Positions 14,138 through 29,105 of a stretch of DNA of 64,000 nucleotides are shown here, one piece after another. Both the position numbers and the translations under genes were made by a program. How positions within the stretch are numbered: position 1 is the stretch's first letter; each line of letters opens with the position of its first letter. The stretch is from NCBI GenBank assembly GCA_051294375.1, contig CM119270.1, positions 20,231,021 to 20,295,020 on the forward strand, read 5' to 3'. The DNA comes from Paraspadella gotoi (lineage: Eukaryota; Animalia; Chaetognatha). The notes under the pieces are model-generated. The model was not told where the DNA came from, made no database searches, and saw only the letters and a program-made list of their open reading frames with translations.

Positions 14138-16633
14138 TTAGAACACAAATTGAAACATCATCATCATTTCAAAAACAGAAAACACCAAAGCAACGAAAAT
14201 TAGCAGTTGTTTAATCAATCCTATTTTGAATTTTTTAAAATAATAATAAATTTGTCTTTTAAATATGTTACTCTTATTCTTTTCTCAATTGATCTTTTGT
14301 TTTCCCCCCCTCATCGTTTCTTTTTTTTTCATTTCCAACGTTCACCTTAATTCACCGTCCACCTTGTTTTCACCTTCACCAATTCCTTCGCCCTCTTCAT
14401 TAGTTTTTGCGTTAATCGAATTTAAAATTTCCGTTTAAACCGTTTTTCGTAGGTTAGCGAGTGTTCTTTTTGTTCACTTAAGATGAGCGAGGAGGCTGAA
14501 ATCCTCGCAAACTGTCGACTAACGACAAGCGATGAGAGAAAATCGTCGAAAATTGTCGGCGTATGAGGACAAGAGGAACTTCGGGAAAACTGTCACTATT
14601 GATGAGCGATGAAAGGAAATCGTCCAGAGTCAAATGATGTAACTTCTCTTTCGTACGACACGTTCTTGCAGAGGTGACAAGCGGATAAATTGTTTTCCTT
14701 CACCATCGTTTTGTATCGGAAAGTTACGCTTTTTACTGTTAAAATATTTGTAAAGTTTTATTGTAATTCGAGTGTATAAAGTAGTATAAATTTTAGAAAA
14801 GCCTATTCAAAGTCTGGCAATATCGCTGTTTATTAAATAAATAATAATTTTCTTATATTGTTCGCACCAATTTCATCTATTAACAGCACTACCTAAATTA
14901 GCTATTTGAAACGAATTATGAATAATTCTATTTTTTGTATTAATCTTTCAGTTTCGTTGAGTGAGATTTAAGCAAATTTCAATAATTCTCATCGATCTAT
15001 TAGTTTTTGTACGACATGTTTCGACTTAAATTCACTATAGGTTTAAACTTATTTGTACATTGCACAATGTCATTATTTTTGCTCTCCTCTCTGTTCTCTC
15101 TCTCTCTCTCTCTCCTTCTCTCTCTCTCTCTCTCTGTCCTCTCTCTTTCACCAACTTGACCATTTCACTTCTTTTCACAACTTATCGTCCTAATTAAACT
15201 GTACTCATTCTTTAAACCACTATCTTCTGTGTTTGGAAACTTTTTGCCCTCTCTTCTTTTCTCTCCTCTCTCTTCTCTCTCTCTCTCTCTCGTCTCTCTC
15301 TCTCTTCTCTCTGCCTTCTCTCTCTCTCTTCCTCTCTCTCTCTCTCTCTGCCCTTCTTTTGCCAACAATTGTAAATGTTTATATATGCTGCATGAAGGCT
15401 CGAAAAAAGAGTCGCAAACATGTCCGTACAAAAATAAATCGTGAAGAAACTTATTTTCGAACTTTGCTTGGAAATAATTCCTAAATTTTACTCTAATTAA
15501 GAATACAATTACACAAAGATAACATATATATATACTCTCCATAAAAAAATCAACGTTTAAGTCTGTATAATAAAATAATTCCAATACCATGAACCTACGG
15601 TGTTTTTTTTACCGCACGAATCTCTCTTTGGCAAACTTTCATTTATACCGTGCTTTTGCTTGTAAAAATCCTTCTACGTTGTTAATACCCCAAGTTCACA
15701 TTTAGCCACCATGCATAGGTCGCAAGGGGATAGTGAGGATCTTTAAATGGGTTCTTTGGGAAACAAGATTTACTGCGTGCATGATCGTTTGAAAGAGGCT
15801 AAATCGGTTTGCATAGATTGTTTCAATTTGTTTTGATAAGTTTTATCTGAAATTGTTTCCTTTAATCCACGCGATCGAATTTCTGTAATATGAACTTCAG
15901 TTCAACTCTCGTCAATTGAAATTTAGTTGTTAATTAACTCTCTCTCTCTCTCCCAAGTGAGTTATTTCCGTCTAATTCAAAAAACTCCTCTTTCACTCTC
16001 TCTTTCTCTTGTTTTCCCGTCGACCCTGCCAATAATTTTCGTTAAATCTTCAACATTTTTTTTACGTTTTCTTGTGTTTTTTCAAAAATTAGAATTCTAA
16101 GAACGTCGCTGATTGCTCTTCTCTTTTTTGCAAAAGGATGAATTTTTGTCTTTTTTCATCGGCCAGATGTCGTCCATTTTGCCGGGGAAAACCAAGTCGG
16201 TTGAATTTTAAGAAATTCTTGGCTTGTCTGTTTCCCTGTCCGGATCGTCTCTCTTGGCATTTTAAATATTCTTAAATGAGCTATATATAGTACATTTTAA
16301 GTTAATATACTCTTTTTTTTTTCACTGATCATCAAAATATTTGAAGTTGACTCCGTACTCGATTTTATAAAGTAAAACCTATATGGTAAATTAGGTGAAT
16401 GGAGACTTTTAAATAAACAAATGATCAGTGATAATAAATATCATTCTTAACTCTCCGTCAGAGAACATGATCACATTTGTGTGTGATTTGCGCTACGATT
16501 ATATGAGGCCTTGCCTGGAGTCGCATGTATGTAAATGTATGTTGATATTAACTTAAAAAAACAAAAAATTTCAAATTTATTTCTGCTAAAATCCAATATT
16601 GAAATCTCCTATCCACATTGTTTGTTTCTTAAA

Positions 16634-16668
<35 letters not shown>

Positions 16669-17068
16669 CACTACTCTCTCTCTTCCTCGTCTCTGTCGTC
16701 GATTGTAATACAAATAATGAGGCGCAAAAGAATTTGAATTCTCTCACAGTCCGTCGTTGCTGTCTTCTTAATTACAAAACATTATGATCTAAATTAGTTT
16801 AATGAATATGATATTATTGCCTATGATTATTGATATGATTTTTTTCTGACGGACAATTTTTCATCAGAAATTTCTTGTCACCATCTATCACAAATTAGTA
16901 TAATATTTCTGTAAAGGCTATTGCCGCTGTTTAGTTTGCAAGTATAAGCAACAGCGACTTCGCAACCTTAACCTACTGGTCGCGAAAAACGATATTCTCA
17001 CGATGATCTACACCTGCGAGTCTCCGTCGTCGTCGTATGTTCGTCGTCGTCGTGTGTTGTTCGTCTTC

Positions 17069-17102
<34 letters not shown>

Positions 17103-17902
17103 CGTGAACTTGCAACGAAAAATTCTTTTTGCTAATCGTGATTTCAAACGAAGTTTACCAGAGGGAAAAAAAAAAGCATTTATAAATCCGGAATTTTAAA
17201 AACGAAAAAAATGGAATTAAATAAATTGAGAAAAAAATAAAACAACAAAAAAAAAACATTGGATTTTCTTTGATGGAAAAAATTTAATTCGACGCAAGAT
17301 TCAATCACACGTATTTCGCTTGTTAATATTCTATTTCTTTCACAATTCAATACAAGTTGTATTCACATCTAATACTCAACGGAATAATGCAATTTGGCCA
17401 AACTTTTTTTTTTTTAACTAAATTTTTTAGAACAATGTATACAAAAAAAGGACCATATTTCGCCGATAAGGGCCTCATTGTCAACTTGATTTAAAATTAA
17501 AATTTGTCTTCAGGTATAGAAGCATTAGGTTATGGTTCGGGCATTTGTAAGAGATAAGGTTAGGGATCACGGTCAGGGTTACGGAATAGGCTTAGAGATT
17601 TTGAAATTGGAAGAAGTCTAATAGTAAAAGTCTCAAATTATTTAGGTTATAAAGCAAGGGATTAGCGTACAGAATTGACGCGCTTTCGTAAAAATAGTGC
17701 CAGAAAAGTTTATATTAAGTAAAACGCTTGCCAACTTTCTATTTCCATTTTTTAAATTCTTTTTTCTTCCCAAAAAAATTTGTTGTGTCGAGAATCTCTG
17801 AAAGTTTGATTTGGAATTAACTCGAAAAATTCGGGGAGAAAAGAAAGACAAGTGAGTCGGACCTGTCCCTCGTTTTTAAGACGCCCACATAGTTGAAAAG
17901 AA
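14138..17902 (+). repeat. Noisy copy A of the 5' region of the giant-exon gene (paralogous to ~17905-21255), probably the alternative haplotype
   Basis: Colinear with copy B, including a frameshifted version of the MSEEVKSS exon (~14483-14673). It also has real-looking differences: an extra ~550 bp at ~14930-15480 and no (AAGT)n array. Confidence 0.8.
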
Positions 17903-18247
17903 GTTTTCTTAGAACACAAATTGAAACATCATCATCATTTCAAAACAAGAAAACACAAAGCAACGAAATTAGCAGTTGTTTAATCAATCCTATTTAATTT
18001 TTAAAAATAATCATAAATTTGTCTTTAAATATTGTTACTCTTATTCTTTTCTCAATGATCTTTTGTTTCCCCCCCCCTCATCGTTTTTCTTTTTTTTATT
18101 TCATTTCCAACGTTCACCTTAATTCACCGTCCACCTTGTTTTCACCTTCACAATTTCCTTCACCCTCTTTCATTAGTCTTTGGTTAATCGAATTAAAATT
18201 TCCGTTAAACCGTTTTCGTAGGTTAGCGAGTTTCTTTGTTCACTAAG

Positions 18248-18425
18248 ATGAGCGAGGAGGTGAAATCCTCGCAAACTGTCACTAACGAAAGCGATGAGAG
18301 AAAATCGTCGAAAATTGTCGGCGATGCGGAAGAGGAATCTTCGGAAACTGTCACTATGATGAGCGATGAAAGGAAATCGTCCAGAGTCAAAGATGTAACT
18401 TCTTTCTACGACGACGTTCTTGCAG
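18248..18425 (+). CDS. Candidate first coding exon of the giant-exon gene (MSEEVKSSQTVTNESDERKSS...FYDDVLA)
   Basis: Acceptor ttttcgtag at 18221, ATG at 18248, 59 open codons with an internal repeat (ETVT..SDERKSS x2). Donor GCAG|gtgaca is phase 1, matching the phase-1 acceptor of the giant exon. Confidence 0.6.
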
Positions 18426-20048
18426 GTGACAGCGGAAATTGTTTTCCTTCACCATCGTTTTTGGTATCGGAAATTACATTTTTTACTGTAAANNNNNNNN
18501 NNNNNNNNNNNNNNNNNNNNNNNNNNNNNNNNNNNNNNNNNNNNNNNNNNNNNNNNNNNNNNNNNNNNNNNNNNNNNNNNNNNNNNNNATAAATTTTAGA
18601 AAAGCCTATTCAAAGTCGGTGGCAATATTATTGTTTATTAAATAAATGAATAATTTTTATATTGTTCGCACCAATTTCATCTATTAACAGCACTAGCTAA
18701 ATTAGCTATTTTGAAACCAATTATGAATAATTCCTAAAATTGTACTCTAAATTAAGGAATACAATTACACAAAGATAACATAAATAACCCCCCCCCCAAA
18801 AAAAAAAAATCAACGTTTTAAGTTGTATTAATAAAAATAATTCCAATACCATGAACGACGGTGTTTTTTTTACCCGCACGAATGTCACTGCTTGGCAAAC
18901 GTCATTTGATTACCGGCTTTTGCTTGTAAAAATCCTTCTACGTTGTTAATACCCCAAGCATTAGCCATTTAGCCACCCATGCATAGGTCGAAGGGGGATA
19001 GTAGGATCTTTAAATGGGTTCTTTGGGAAAAAGATTTAGGTGCATGATGGTTTGAAAGAGCTAAATCGGTTTTGCATAGATTTGTTTCAATTTGTTTTGA
19101 TAATTTTATCTGAAATTGTTTCTTTAATCCACGTGCGACGAATTTCTGTAATATGAACTTCAGTTCAACTTCGTCAATGTAAATTTAGTTGTAATTAACT
19201 CTCTCTCTTTCTCTCTCCCAAGTGAGTTATTTTCCGTTAATTCAAAAACTCTCTTTCACTCTCTCTCTCTCTTTCTCCCGTCGACCTGCCAAATAATTTT
19301 CGTTAAACTTCAACATTTTTTTCACGTTTTCTTTGTTTTTTCAAAAATTAGAATTTCTAAGAATGTCGCCGATTGTTCTTTTCTTTTTTGAAAAGGATGA
19401 AGTTTTGTCTTTTTTCATCGCCAGATGTCGTCATTTTGGCGGGAAAACCAAGTCGGTTGAATTTAAGAAATTATTTGGGCTTGTCTGTTTCCCTGTCCTG
19501 TCGGTCTCTCTTGCATTTAAATATTCTTAAATGATGTTATAGTTAATATTTAAAGTTGAATATACTCATTTTTTTTTAGTCAAGTGATCATCAGAAATAT
19601 TTGCAGTTGACTCCGTACTCGATTTTATAAGTAAGTAAGTAAGTAAGTAAAACTAATATGTAAATTAGGTTTGAATGGAGGCTNNNNNNNNNNNNNNNNN
19701 NNNNNNNNATATTTGCAGTTGACTCCGTACTCGATTTTATAAGTAAGTAAGTTAAGTAAGTAAAACTAATATGTAAATTAGGTTTGAATGGAGGCTTTTG
19801 AAATAAACAAATGATCAGTGATAATGAATATCATTCTCAACTCTTCCGTCAAGAATGATCACATTGTGTGTGATCTTGGCTACGATTATATGAGGCCTCT
19901 TTTCCTGGAGTCGCATGTATGTAAAGTATGTATGATATTAACGGTTAAAAAAAATAAAAATTTCAACTTTTATTTCGCAAAATTCCCAGATTGAATTTCC
20001 TAATGCCACATTTATTGTTCTGAGACCAAACTCTCTCTCTCTCTCTCA

Positions 20049-20096
<48 letters not shown>

Positions 20097-21665
20097 TCTC
20101 TCACTCTCTCTCTCTCTCTCTCACTGTCGTCGATTGTAAACAAATAATGAGGCCGACAAAAGCTTTTTGGAATTCTCTCACCAGTCGACATCGTTGTTGT
20201 GTTCTTAAACAAACATTATGATCTAAATAGTTTATGAATATGATATTATTGACATGATTATGATTATGAATTTCTCAGACGGAAATCATTCAGAAAGTTC
20301 TTTGTCACAATCTATCACAAAATTAGTATAATATTTCTGTAAAGGGCTATTGCCGCTGTTATTGAAGTATAAGAACAGGACTCGAAACCCTTAACCTACT
20401 GGCGAAAACGATAATCTCAACGATTGATCTACACCCTGAGTCTCCGTCGTCGTCCGTTGTCGTCGTTGTCGTCGTCGTCGTTGTTGCGTCGTCGTCGTCG
20501 TCGTCCGTCGTCGTCACCGTGAACTGCAACGAAGAAATCTTTTGCGAATCGTGATTATCAAACACGAAGTTTATCAGAGAAAAAAAAAAGATTTGAAAAA
20601 CGGAATTTTAAAACGAAAAAAAAAATGGAATTAAATAATTGAAAAAAAAAAACAAAAAAAAAAAAACCATTGGGATTTTCTTTGATGGAAAAATTATTCG
20701 ACTCAAGATTCAATCACACGTATTCCCTTTTAATATTCTTTTCTTCACAATTCAATACAAGTTGTATTCACATCTAATCTCAACGATAATGCAATGCAAA
20801 CTTTTTTTTTAAACTAAATTTTTTAAAACAATGTATACAAAAAAGGACCATATTTTCGCGAAAGGGCCTCATTTCAACTTGAATTTAAAATTAAATTTGT
20901 CTTCAGGTATAAAAGATTAGGTTATGGTTCGGGATTTGCTAAGAGTAAGGTTAGGGGATCACGGTCAGGGTTAGGAATAGGCTTAGAGATTTGAAATGGA
21001 AGAAGCCTAATATAAGTCTCAAATATTTGGTTTAAAGCAAGGGATAGGTACAGAAATTGAGCGCTTTCGTAAAATAGTGCCAGAAAAAGTTATATTAAGT
21101 AAACGCTTGCAACTTTCTTTCATTTAACTCTCCAATTTGTTGTGTCGAAATCTCTGAAAGTTTGATTTGGAATTAACTCGAAATTCGGAGAAAAGAAAGA
21201 CAGTGAGTCGGGACCCTGTCCCTCGTTTAAGACGCCACATAGTTGAAAAGAAGCTCACATGGAAATTAAATTAAGCGAAAAAATAAAAAATACTTTAAAA
21301 GTTTAATCACAATGATAGACGGAGAAATTTATTTTGGTCGCCACGGACCGACGGAGAATAACGAAAGGCTAATTATTCTTTCATCGTCAAATCGTCAGCT
21401 CGCTTTTCCGGTTATTAAAGAAAACCGTTTTAAATCATTACTTTAATACAGGTTTTTGTTTAGTAGAAGTAGTCGTTGAACCTGTATCTTAAGGATTAAC
21501 TTATTAGGTAACTTTTCGGATGTATACTTTTTTAATTCATATCGTTTTCGATAACTGGGAAATGAAAGAATTAATAAATTAAACAGGGAATCTATGAAAG
21601 AATATATTATTGAAGAGTAAACTCAAAGCTTTATACTTGAGTATCTGTCTAGCAAAAAAAAAGAC

Positions 21666-21709
<44 letters not shown>

Positions 21710-23282
21710 GCGATTCCTTCTAGAAATCTCCCAAGTTAATCAATTCAAAATTCTTATTGAACTTCCGCCATCTCGAAAACAGAGCAAAACAATGAAAAAA
21801 AAAAACTTAAATAGAGAGAGAGATGCGGCGCCGTAAAACTGAAATAGAGACAGAGAGATGAGGTTGCCACGACTTCCAAGGCTTATCAATTCCTTCATCG
21901 AACTTCGGAGGAAAAAAGTCAAGTTTCTTCTTCTGAGGAGAAAATCCTTCGAAGCCTTGAACGTCTCGTCAAACTGAACCTCCTACTTCACCTTGTCTCA
22001 CCTGGCGACAGATTTAACTCACCTAGGCAACAAAAAACTGGTACACCCTCAACCTGGCTTGGCTCTCCGAGCGGAATCGGTCCTGGATGGGCCTGCCAAC
22101 CTCACCAAGCTGGCCGCCTTTTTACACGCGAATTGACCGTGCGACGCGTGGTCCGTCATACGGATGGAAAACGGGGACTCGTGGTTTAGCGGGAATTCGA
22201 TGCGCGACTACAGGAAAGACGCGCGCAATTTGAAAGTGAACGGGTCTATCAATAATCTGACATTTTTTAGATAAAAACGGGCAGAAACGAATGGATGGAA
22301 TGAATGAATTAATGAATGATTACAACTCGGATGAATGATTAAAGGGGTAAATGAAAAACTGTTGCCATAAAATTGCCTCGTCAAGTCTTTTTCTTTTGAT
22401 GTTCTTGTTTTTTCCTGGTTGTTAAGTTCGTCACGAGATACATTTATTTTATTTTCGGTCAATCTTTAATCTTTAATCATTTCGTTAATAAAATTCAATT
22501 CAAACTAATGAGTTGTTTAAAGCGCATTTAAACTTTTGAATATCACTTTCTGAATATCGCTCTTTTGAATTCCGTGACAAATGACAAAGAGTAAACTGAT
22601 TAGACAAAAAAATGAAACAAACGTGATTGAATATTCATCCTTTAAATTTCGTCAACTTTCTCGATTTTTCTTTTCCTTCATTTGTCTCGTGAACTTTTTT
22701 TTAATTTCTTTTTTTTTCGCAACTCACCATAACACGGGGAAGGACAAAGGCGAGTCGAAATGGAAAAAAACAGAAATAAAAAAATAACAAAGAACGGTAA
22801 TTCCAATTGTTGCGCCCGCAGTAACTTTATTATCACGTGTATTTCCTTTGATCACATGATGTGATATGACATTAACTAAAAAACATTCTGTACCAATTAT
22901 TTATGACATGCACTGCATCAAATTTCAAATCTTTTATTACTTATAGTTTAAGGAATTCTGAAGGCGGCGCTAGCAGACCCTAATTGAGGTTTTTTTCTGT
23001 CTTAACAAATGGCAACCAACTATAGCAAAATATTTTGCATTTTTAATGTTAAGTGGGACAGACTGACGGACAGACATATCGAAGGGCCAACGACTGATAG
23101 ACCGACCGACCGAAAAGTGACTTATTAGAGTTGCTCCGTCAGTACTCGCGGCGAACTAAAAAAGAAAACGTAATTGAAAATAAAGAGCGAACGAAAAAAA
23201 GGAGAAAAAAAAATTAACCTCCTAATTGAATTAAAGGAAGAAAGGAGAAAGTATCAGAATCTCGGGAACATTCTCTCTCTGA

Positions 23283-23355
<73 letters not shown>

Positions 23356-23967
23356 TTCATTCTTTTTTGTTCTTACACTTTCTACACACTCCATTACAAA
23401 CATATTTTTTTTAAGACAGGAAACCTCAATATTTCGCCTTTTGTATTCAAACGTTAAACTATATCTTAAAAAAATCCATTGATCATAGTTTTAATATTTT
23501 TCTAAATTTTTCTTCTTCCACTACTGAATATTGATATTTTTTTTTCAGCGTAGACCAATATTACAAACTAAGTGCGACAAGTTAATTAACGGAAAAATGT
23601 TTAGGAAGAATGAAATTAAAAACTAAAAAAAGCGTTAACATCAAAAATTCATTCCCGCTCGAAATAATACATTCCGAAAGCGAAACAAAGACCAAAGAAC
23701 AAAAAACAAAAAATATTATCATCATTCGTCAGAAACGAAATCGACATCCCATAAAAGCTATTCAAATCACAGTATAATCGCCGCAACGCAGTATAATTAC
23801 TGTGCCATCGACGTATCTCATCACATCAAAGTATAATCGCCGCATCTTAAATGTAATTACAGCATCATCGACGCATCTCATTATCATCAATTCATCAAGT
23901 ATAAACGGTCCCATCGCAGTATCATTCTGGCATTTTCGGGCAATCGCTTGTCTCCCCCTTCTTCAGT

Positions 23968-26900
23968 ATGGCGTCGGATCTGCCTCCCAAGCTGGTGAGA
24001 AGATAACATTATATCATACTATTGTTATTTTATGTTATGATATTGTGTTATAATAGTGTTATTATGTTATTGTTACATTTTAATTAAAATAATGAATTTT
24101 TTTATTAACTTTTAAGTTAATAGTTTCGCTAATATATTTATTTTTATTTTTTTATTTTTTTATTTATTTATTTATTTATATTTCCACAGAATGGAGCACC
24201 GCCATCGAAAACGCCATCGCCGGGTACGAATCTCTCTCCGGTGGCAGCCGTCCCGGCAGCCGCCTGGACAGCCGACCAGCAGTCGACCCGGCAGCCGCCT
24301 TGACGACGCCGCCGACGCTAGACCGGCGTCACCGTCGCACGCGACAGCGACACAATCCGAGGCAGCTCCTCGATAAAATCTGCCGCCTTTGAAAAGAAAG
24401 GAAGGCCGAGGCGCCTTCCTCCGCCAGTGCGGCGCCGCTGCCGCTGTCGGGGCCGCCGCCGCCGCACCAGCCGCACCAGCCGCACCAGCCGCTCGCGGCA
24501 GCCTTCCAAAACGTCCGAAGCCGCAAGGGAAGTCACGGCAGCCCTCGCCTCTCTCAGAATTTCTGGAAAAGAGACGCGAGCGACGAATACCGACCGACGA
24601 AATCGAGGATCGCGACGACGAAACGCCGAAAACGAGGCGGCGTCGCCGGGCGCCGAATCGAAAACCGGCGTCGAAAATTGGCCTTGAAGTTGAAATGCGG
24701 CGGCGCCGTCGACAACGATCGCCGACGACGCCGAAAGATTCCTTCTCGATTCGTTGAATGAAAGGAAAAGCGTCCGAAAGCGAAATCAAAGTTTTCCGAA
24801 GCTCTCTTCAGAGAGAGAAGGAATAAAAGAGCCGAAGACGGCTCCGACCCCAAGAAGTTCCACAGCCTCGGACGGGAGCAGGACTCGGGCACCAGCAGCG
24901 GACCCAAGCTTGTCCGACGTCCTTCTCCCAAGGAACGACTCCTCGTCGCTCGATCGCCGACCAACTTGTTCAAACGATCGGGGTCTTCCCGGCTGCATCT
25001 TGGAAAGAGAGGCGTCGGCGGTGGAAGAGCGCGGACTCGGCGGAGTTTCACCGTCTTCGCCGTCATCGCCGTCGTCGTCGTTGGCGTTCTCTTTTCGCTT
25101 TCGTCGGTGGCGGCGGCGAGGGCGGCCCTTGAGAGGAGGGGGCGAGGGAGAGGCGGCGAAAAAAGACGACGACGAAGAAGACGAAAAAAGCGAATCGACG
25201 ACGACGACGACGACGACGAATGAAATCAAGGAAAAGTTCGTGGAAAGTAATTGACGCCGAAAATCCTCGCCGGTTGAAAAATCGGCGCCGATGGAGGAAT
25301 TTCAAGCGATACATATGGAGGTTTCAGGGGAAAACGATGTCGGAAAATGCTGGAAAAAACCGCCTCGGGTGGGAACAGCAAAGCTGGAAACGATGTCGGA
25401 AGTGCTGGAAAAAAAACCGAGCTGATGGAACTCGGCCGAAAAACGACGTCAACGAGACCAGAAATGACGTCACCACCGGCCGAAGATCCCGGATGTGACA
25501 TCATCGCCGAGAAAGTGCCGGAATTGATGTCAAAAAAGTAGTCAGCGTGGACGGTCATTGCCGATTGCGGAACCAGAATTGACGTCGATGTTTTTGAAAA
25601 TGAGACATCATGGTTAAGGAGCCAGAAATTAGAATCGACAATTGAAACTTCATCTGCAAGCGACGGTGGAATCAAACAGAATCGACGTCAGGTCTAAAGA
25701 AACAGAATTGGGTTAGAGGGGAGAAATTGAATCTAATGTCAGGTCTAAAGGAAACAGAAATTGGGTCAGAGGGAGAAATTGCATCAATGTCAGGTCTAAA
25801 GAAACAGAAATTGGGTCTGAGGGAGAAATGATCTCGATCGATGTTTGAAAAAACCTTAATATTGCATCGGATCGTTGACTTCACTGCAGTAAGAAGTCGA
25901 TACAGGATATAACCATCTAATAAATGGATACTTCGTTAGTCTCATCAAGAATGATGTCTCAGAGTCTGATGTGACGAATGACAGAACGATCATCACTAGT
26001 GTCATCAGAAATAATTGCTGCAGGAAACAGAAGAACGCGACAACTTCGTCCTGAAATGATAGAATCAGAATTTTCATCAGTGGCATCAGAAATGACATTC
26101 AATGGAATCTATTCTGAACCATCTCTTAAGCAAGGAAACACATCGACGCAACATTATTTGAAACAACATCCACCACATCAGTGGAAACAACGTCCCCATC
26201 AATGTGACTGATGATTAAACCATCGCCTTCCACTCCACCATCAATCCCTTCTCAAAATCTTCACCGACGGCGCGCCGACTTCAAAACGGCGCGAAAACAA
26301 ACGCACGAGAAAAAAAACAGTCTCTCCGGCGCCCAAAGTCTCCCTCTCGGCGTTTGGCGGCGCGCCGGGCGTCCTTGACGCGAAAGCCGAATCTCCGGAC
26401 CCCAGCGCGAAATCTTCGCCGTGACAAAGACGACGACGACGACGCATCTTCCAACGCCGCCTCCAGAACGTCTCCCATGCCGAAGGCGTCGTCTCGGCTT
26501 GGCGAGCGGCGCGGGCGAGGGTGGCGTCGATCGAATGCCCGGCGTCATCGGCGAAGACGAGAACTCGTCGGCGAAGTTTCGCCAGGGCGCGGGTGATTTA
26601 TTATGACGCCGAAGGAAAGATCTCTGTCGCCGCGATGCAAGCTGCTATCAAGAGACTCGCCGATTCGCCGAAAGAGGCCTTGCCTAAATCGTCTCCTGCA
26701 TCAAAGCGCTCCGACGGGGTTTCAAAAGAAGATTCTCCCGGCGTCGAACGTCGCCAGATCATCTCCCGGCAACCCCCCCCGCCCCCCCCCCCCCCACCCC
26801 CCCCATAACCTTGACCACGACTCAAGGGGAGCCTCAAAAAAATCTATCTCCGAGTTCAAAGTCGTCGCCGAAGGCTTCAATGACACGGCGTCGAGTGCCT

Positions 26901-29065
26901 CCAAAGAGTCAACGCCGCCAACCATCTATCATCAGAGAATGAGTCAATGACCTTAAAAGCGACGAACTTTCCAACAACAACAACAACGCCGTCGATGACA
27001 TGATCATCATGACAACGAGAGCGTCTTCAGCATCGAGGTGCGTCCGACGACGCGTCGTCCACAGCAAAGCAACGTGCGTCGCCAAAATCCAAAAAGGAGG
27101 AAAAGCAGGAAAAAGCAAACCGGCCCTAAGGAAGACAAAGTGACCACATTGGAGACAAATCGAAAATGTGGACGTTGCTTATCGAGGGACATGCGCCAAG
27201 GGACAGTCCAAAGAAGCTTCTCCCCGGCCGTCGAAACGTCGCCCAGATTCATCTCCGGCATCAAAAACCACAATAGTGGCGCTCAAAAAAATATCTCCGA
27301 GCCAAGTCGTCGCCAAGGCTCAATGACGGCGTCAGGTGCCTCCAGAGGAGTCACGCCCGCCAACCATCTATCCGTCAAGCATCCAAGGAGTCGACGCTTC
27401 AAGCATCTCCAGACAAGCATCCAAGAGCGTCGACGCCTTCAGCATCTCTAGACAAGCATCCAAAGAGTCGACGCCGCCAATCATTATCGTCAAGCATCCG
27501 GCGTTGACGAAAGAAATCTCTTCGCGCAAGAAGAGAAGAGTACGATCGACCGCTGGCAAAAGGACGTCCGCGTCAACGCCGCGAGGAACGACGGCCGAGA
27601 AAGAACGCCGGTTTTGGGCGCCATCTCCGAGAGCGACGCCGCCTCGAGAAACGACTCCGCGAGATAAAGAACGCCGGTTTTGTCGCCTCTCCAGAGCGAA
27701 CGCCGCCTCGAGAAAAACGACGCCGAGAGAAAAGAACGCCGGTTTTGGCGCCATCTCCGAGAGCGAACGCCGCCGCCGGGAAACGACGCGAAGAGAAAGA
27801 ACGCCGTTTTGTTCGCCCTCTCCTAGAGCGAGCAGCCGCTACGCAGATTTAGATGGAAGAAAATCCAAGTCGTCCTTCGCCGACCACGAAAGAGTTTTTT
27901 GTGATTTCCAAAGGCGCCGCCGCGAAAGTCGCCGACTCCCGAACTGGGGGGGGGGGGGGGCGCGAACGCGCGGCGCCAGTATCTCCTCGCGCCAAAGTCG
28001 CGGTGCCAACGCGAAGGTACCGACCTCAGCGGTGAAGATCGCCGAGGGCGGTCGCTGCTGTTGTTGAGGATAGAAATGTAGCAAAGCTGATGTAGTGAAT
28101 GATGTTGTTGATGTTGAGAATTCCAGAGAATCGGAGAGAGGCATCTGGAGCGTACTCCAGTAATAGGTGTTGCGACCGCTCCAGTCAAACCTTTCTCTAA
28201 ATCTTTCGGTCTCCACATCCGACGAGGTCGACCTATCGCGGATCGAGACGCTCGTCAGAATCGTCCGGTCGTCGCTCGGTCGCGTCTATAGCGTCGTCTC
28301 CCCTTCTTCGTGGAGCGGGCGCCGAGATGGGCCACGACGCACACCCGCGAGACTAGCCGGAGTACGATTTGCCGAAATCTCCGAGGAGGAGAAGAGCGCG
28401 ACGGGGGAATGGGGAGGGACATGCGGATGACGCCGCGACGGGCCGTCGACTTTGAGAGAGGGGCAGATCGTTGGGAGAGAAATCGCCGGATACTTGCCGC
28501 ATGCAAGATTCGATGGAAGTGATTAGAGTTGAGTTTTATTGAATCTTCCGAATTATATAAGAAATGAAATAACAAAGGAGATGAAAAGAGAATCAGTGAG
28601 ATGAACAATAAAAGCGACGACTTCAACAATACAACATCGGGGTCGTCGAACGAATGCACACTCGTCCACAAAGACACAGACACGAGAGTTCGCCATACAA
28701 AAAGGCGGGCAAGGCGGGCATCCAGCCAAAAGCGCCAAAAGAAGGCAAACACGCACTAAGGGAAAGAGTGAAGTAGACATGATTGGAGACGATCGGAAAT
28801 GTGGACGATTGATATTGAATTTCAAATCGAGGACTAGAGTTTCTGTGGAATCGAGCCACGATTCGTTTAAATCTTTGACTTGCAGATTGTTTAGTTGATG
28901 CGGAAAATAGTATCGCCGGAAACTGTGGCAAGCGTACATGTGAAAACAAAAGGCCAACATTGTTGAAAATAGTGTGACTTATCAGTCATTTGAGACGAGA
29001 AATGTCTGAGATTCGATAAAGAATATGAGGAGAAAATGGGATTATTTTAAAACATAAATGATGTC
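23968..29065 (+). pseudogene. Heavily frameshifted duplicate (copy B) of the mini-exon and first ~4.8 kb of the giant exon; most likely an uncorrected long read rather than a true pseudogene
   Basis: Colinear with 43889-~48930. Dense single-base indels and homopolymer expansions, with quality decaying towards 29 kb. Confidence 0.75.
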
Positions 29066-29105
29066 TCATGGGATCAGGGTCTTACACGGGAGGAGGGGAG
29101 GATGG

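Noticed and set aside
1634-17851. Many 60-360 aa ORFs rich in LSLSLS, ERERER, poly-S/H/I
   Set aside because: Translations of (CT)n/(GA)n/(GAT)n microsatellites and minisatellites, which lack stops; no domain signal.
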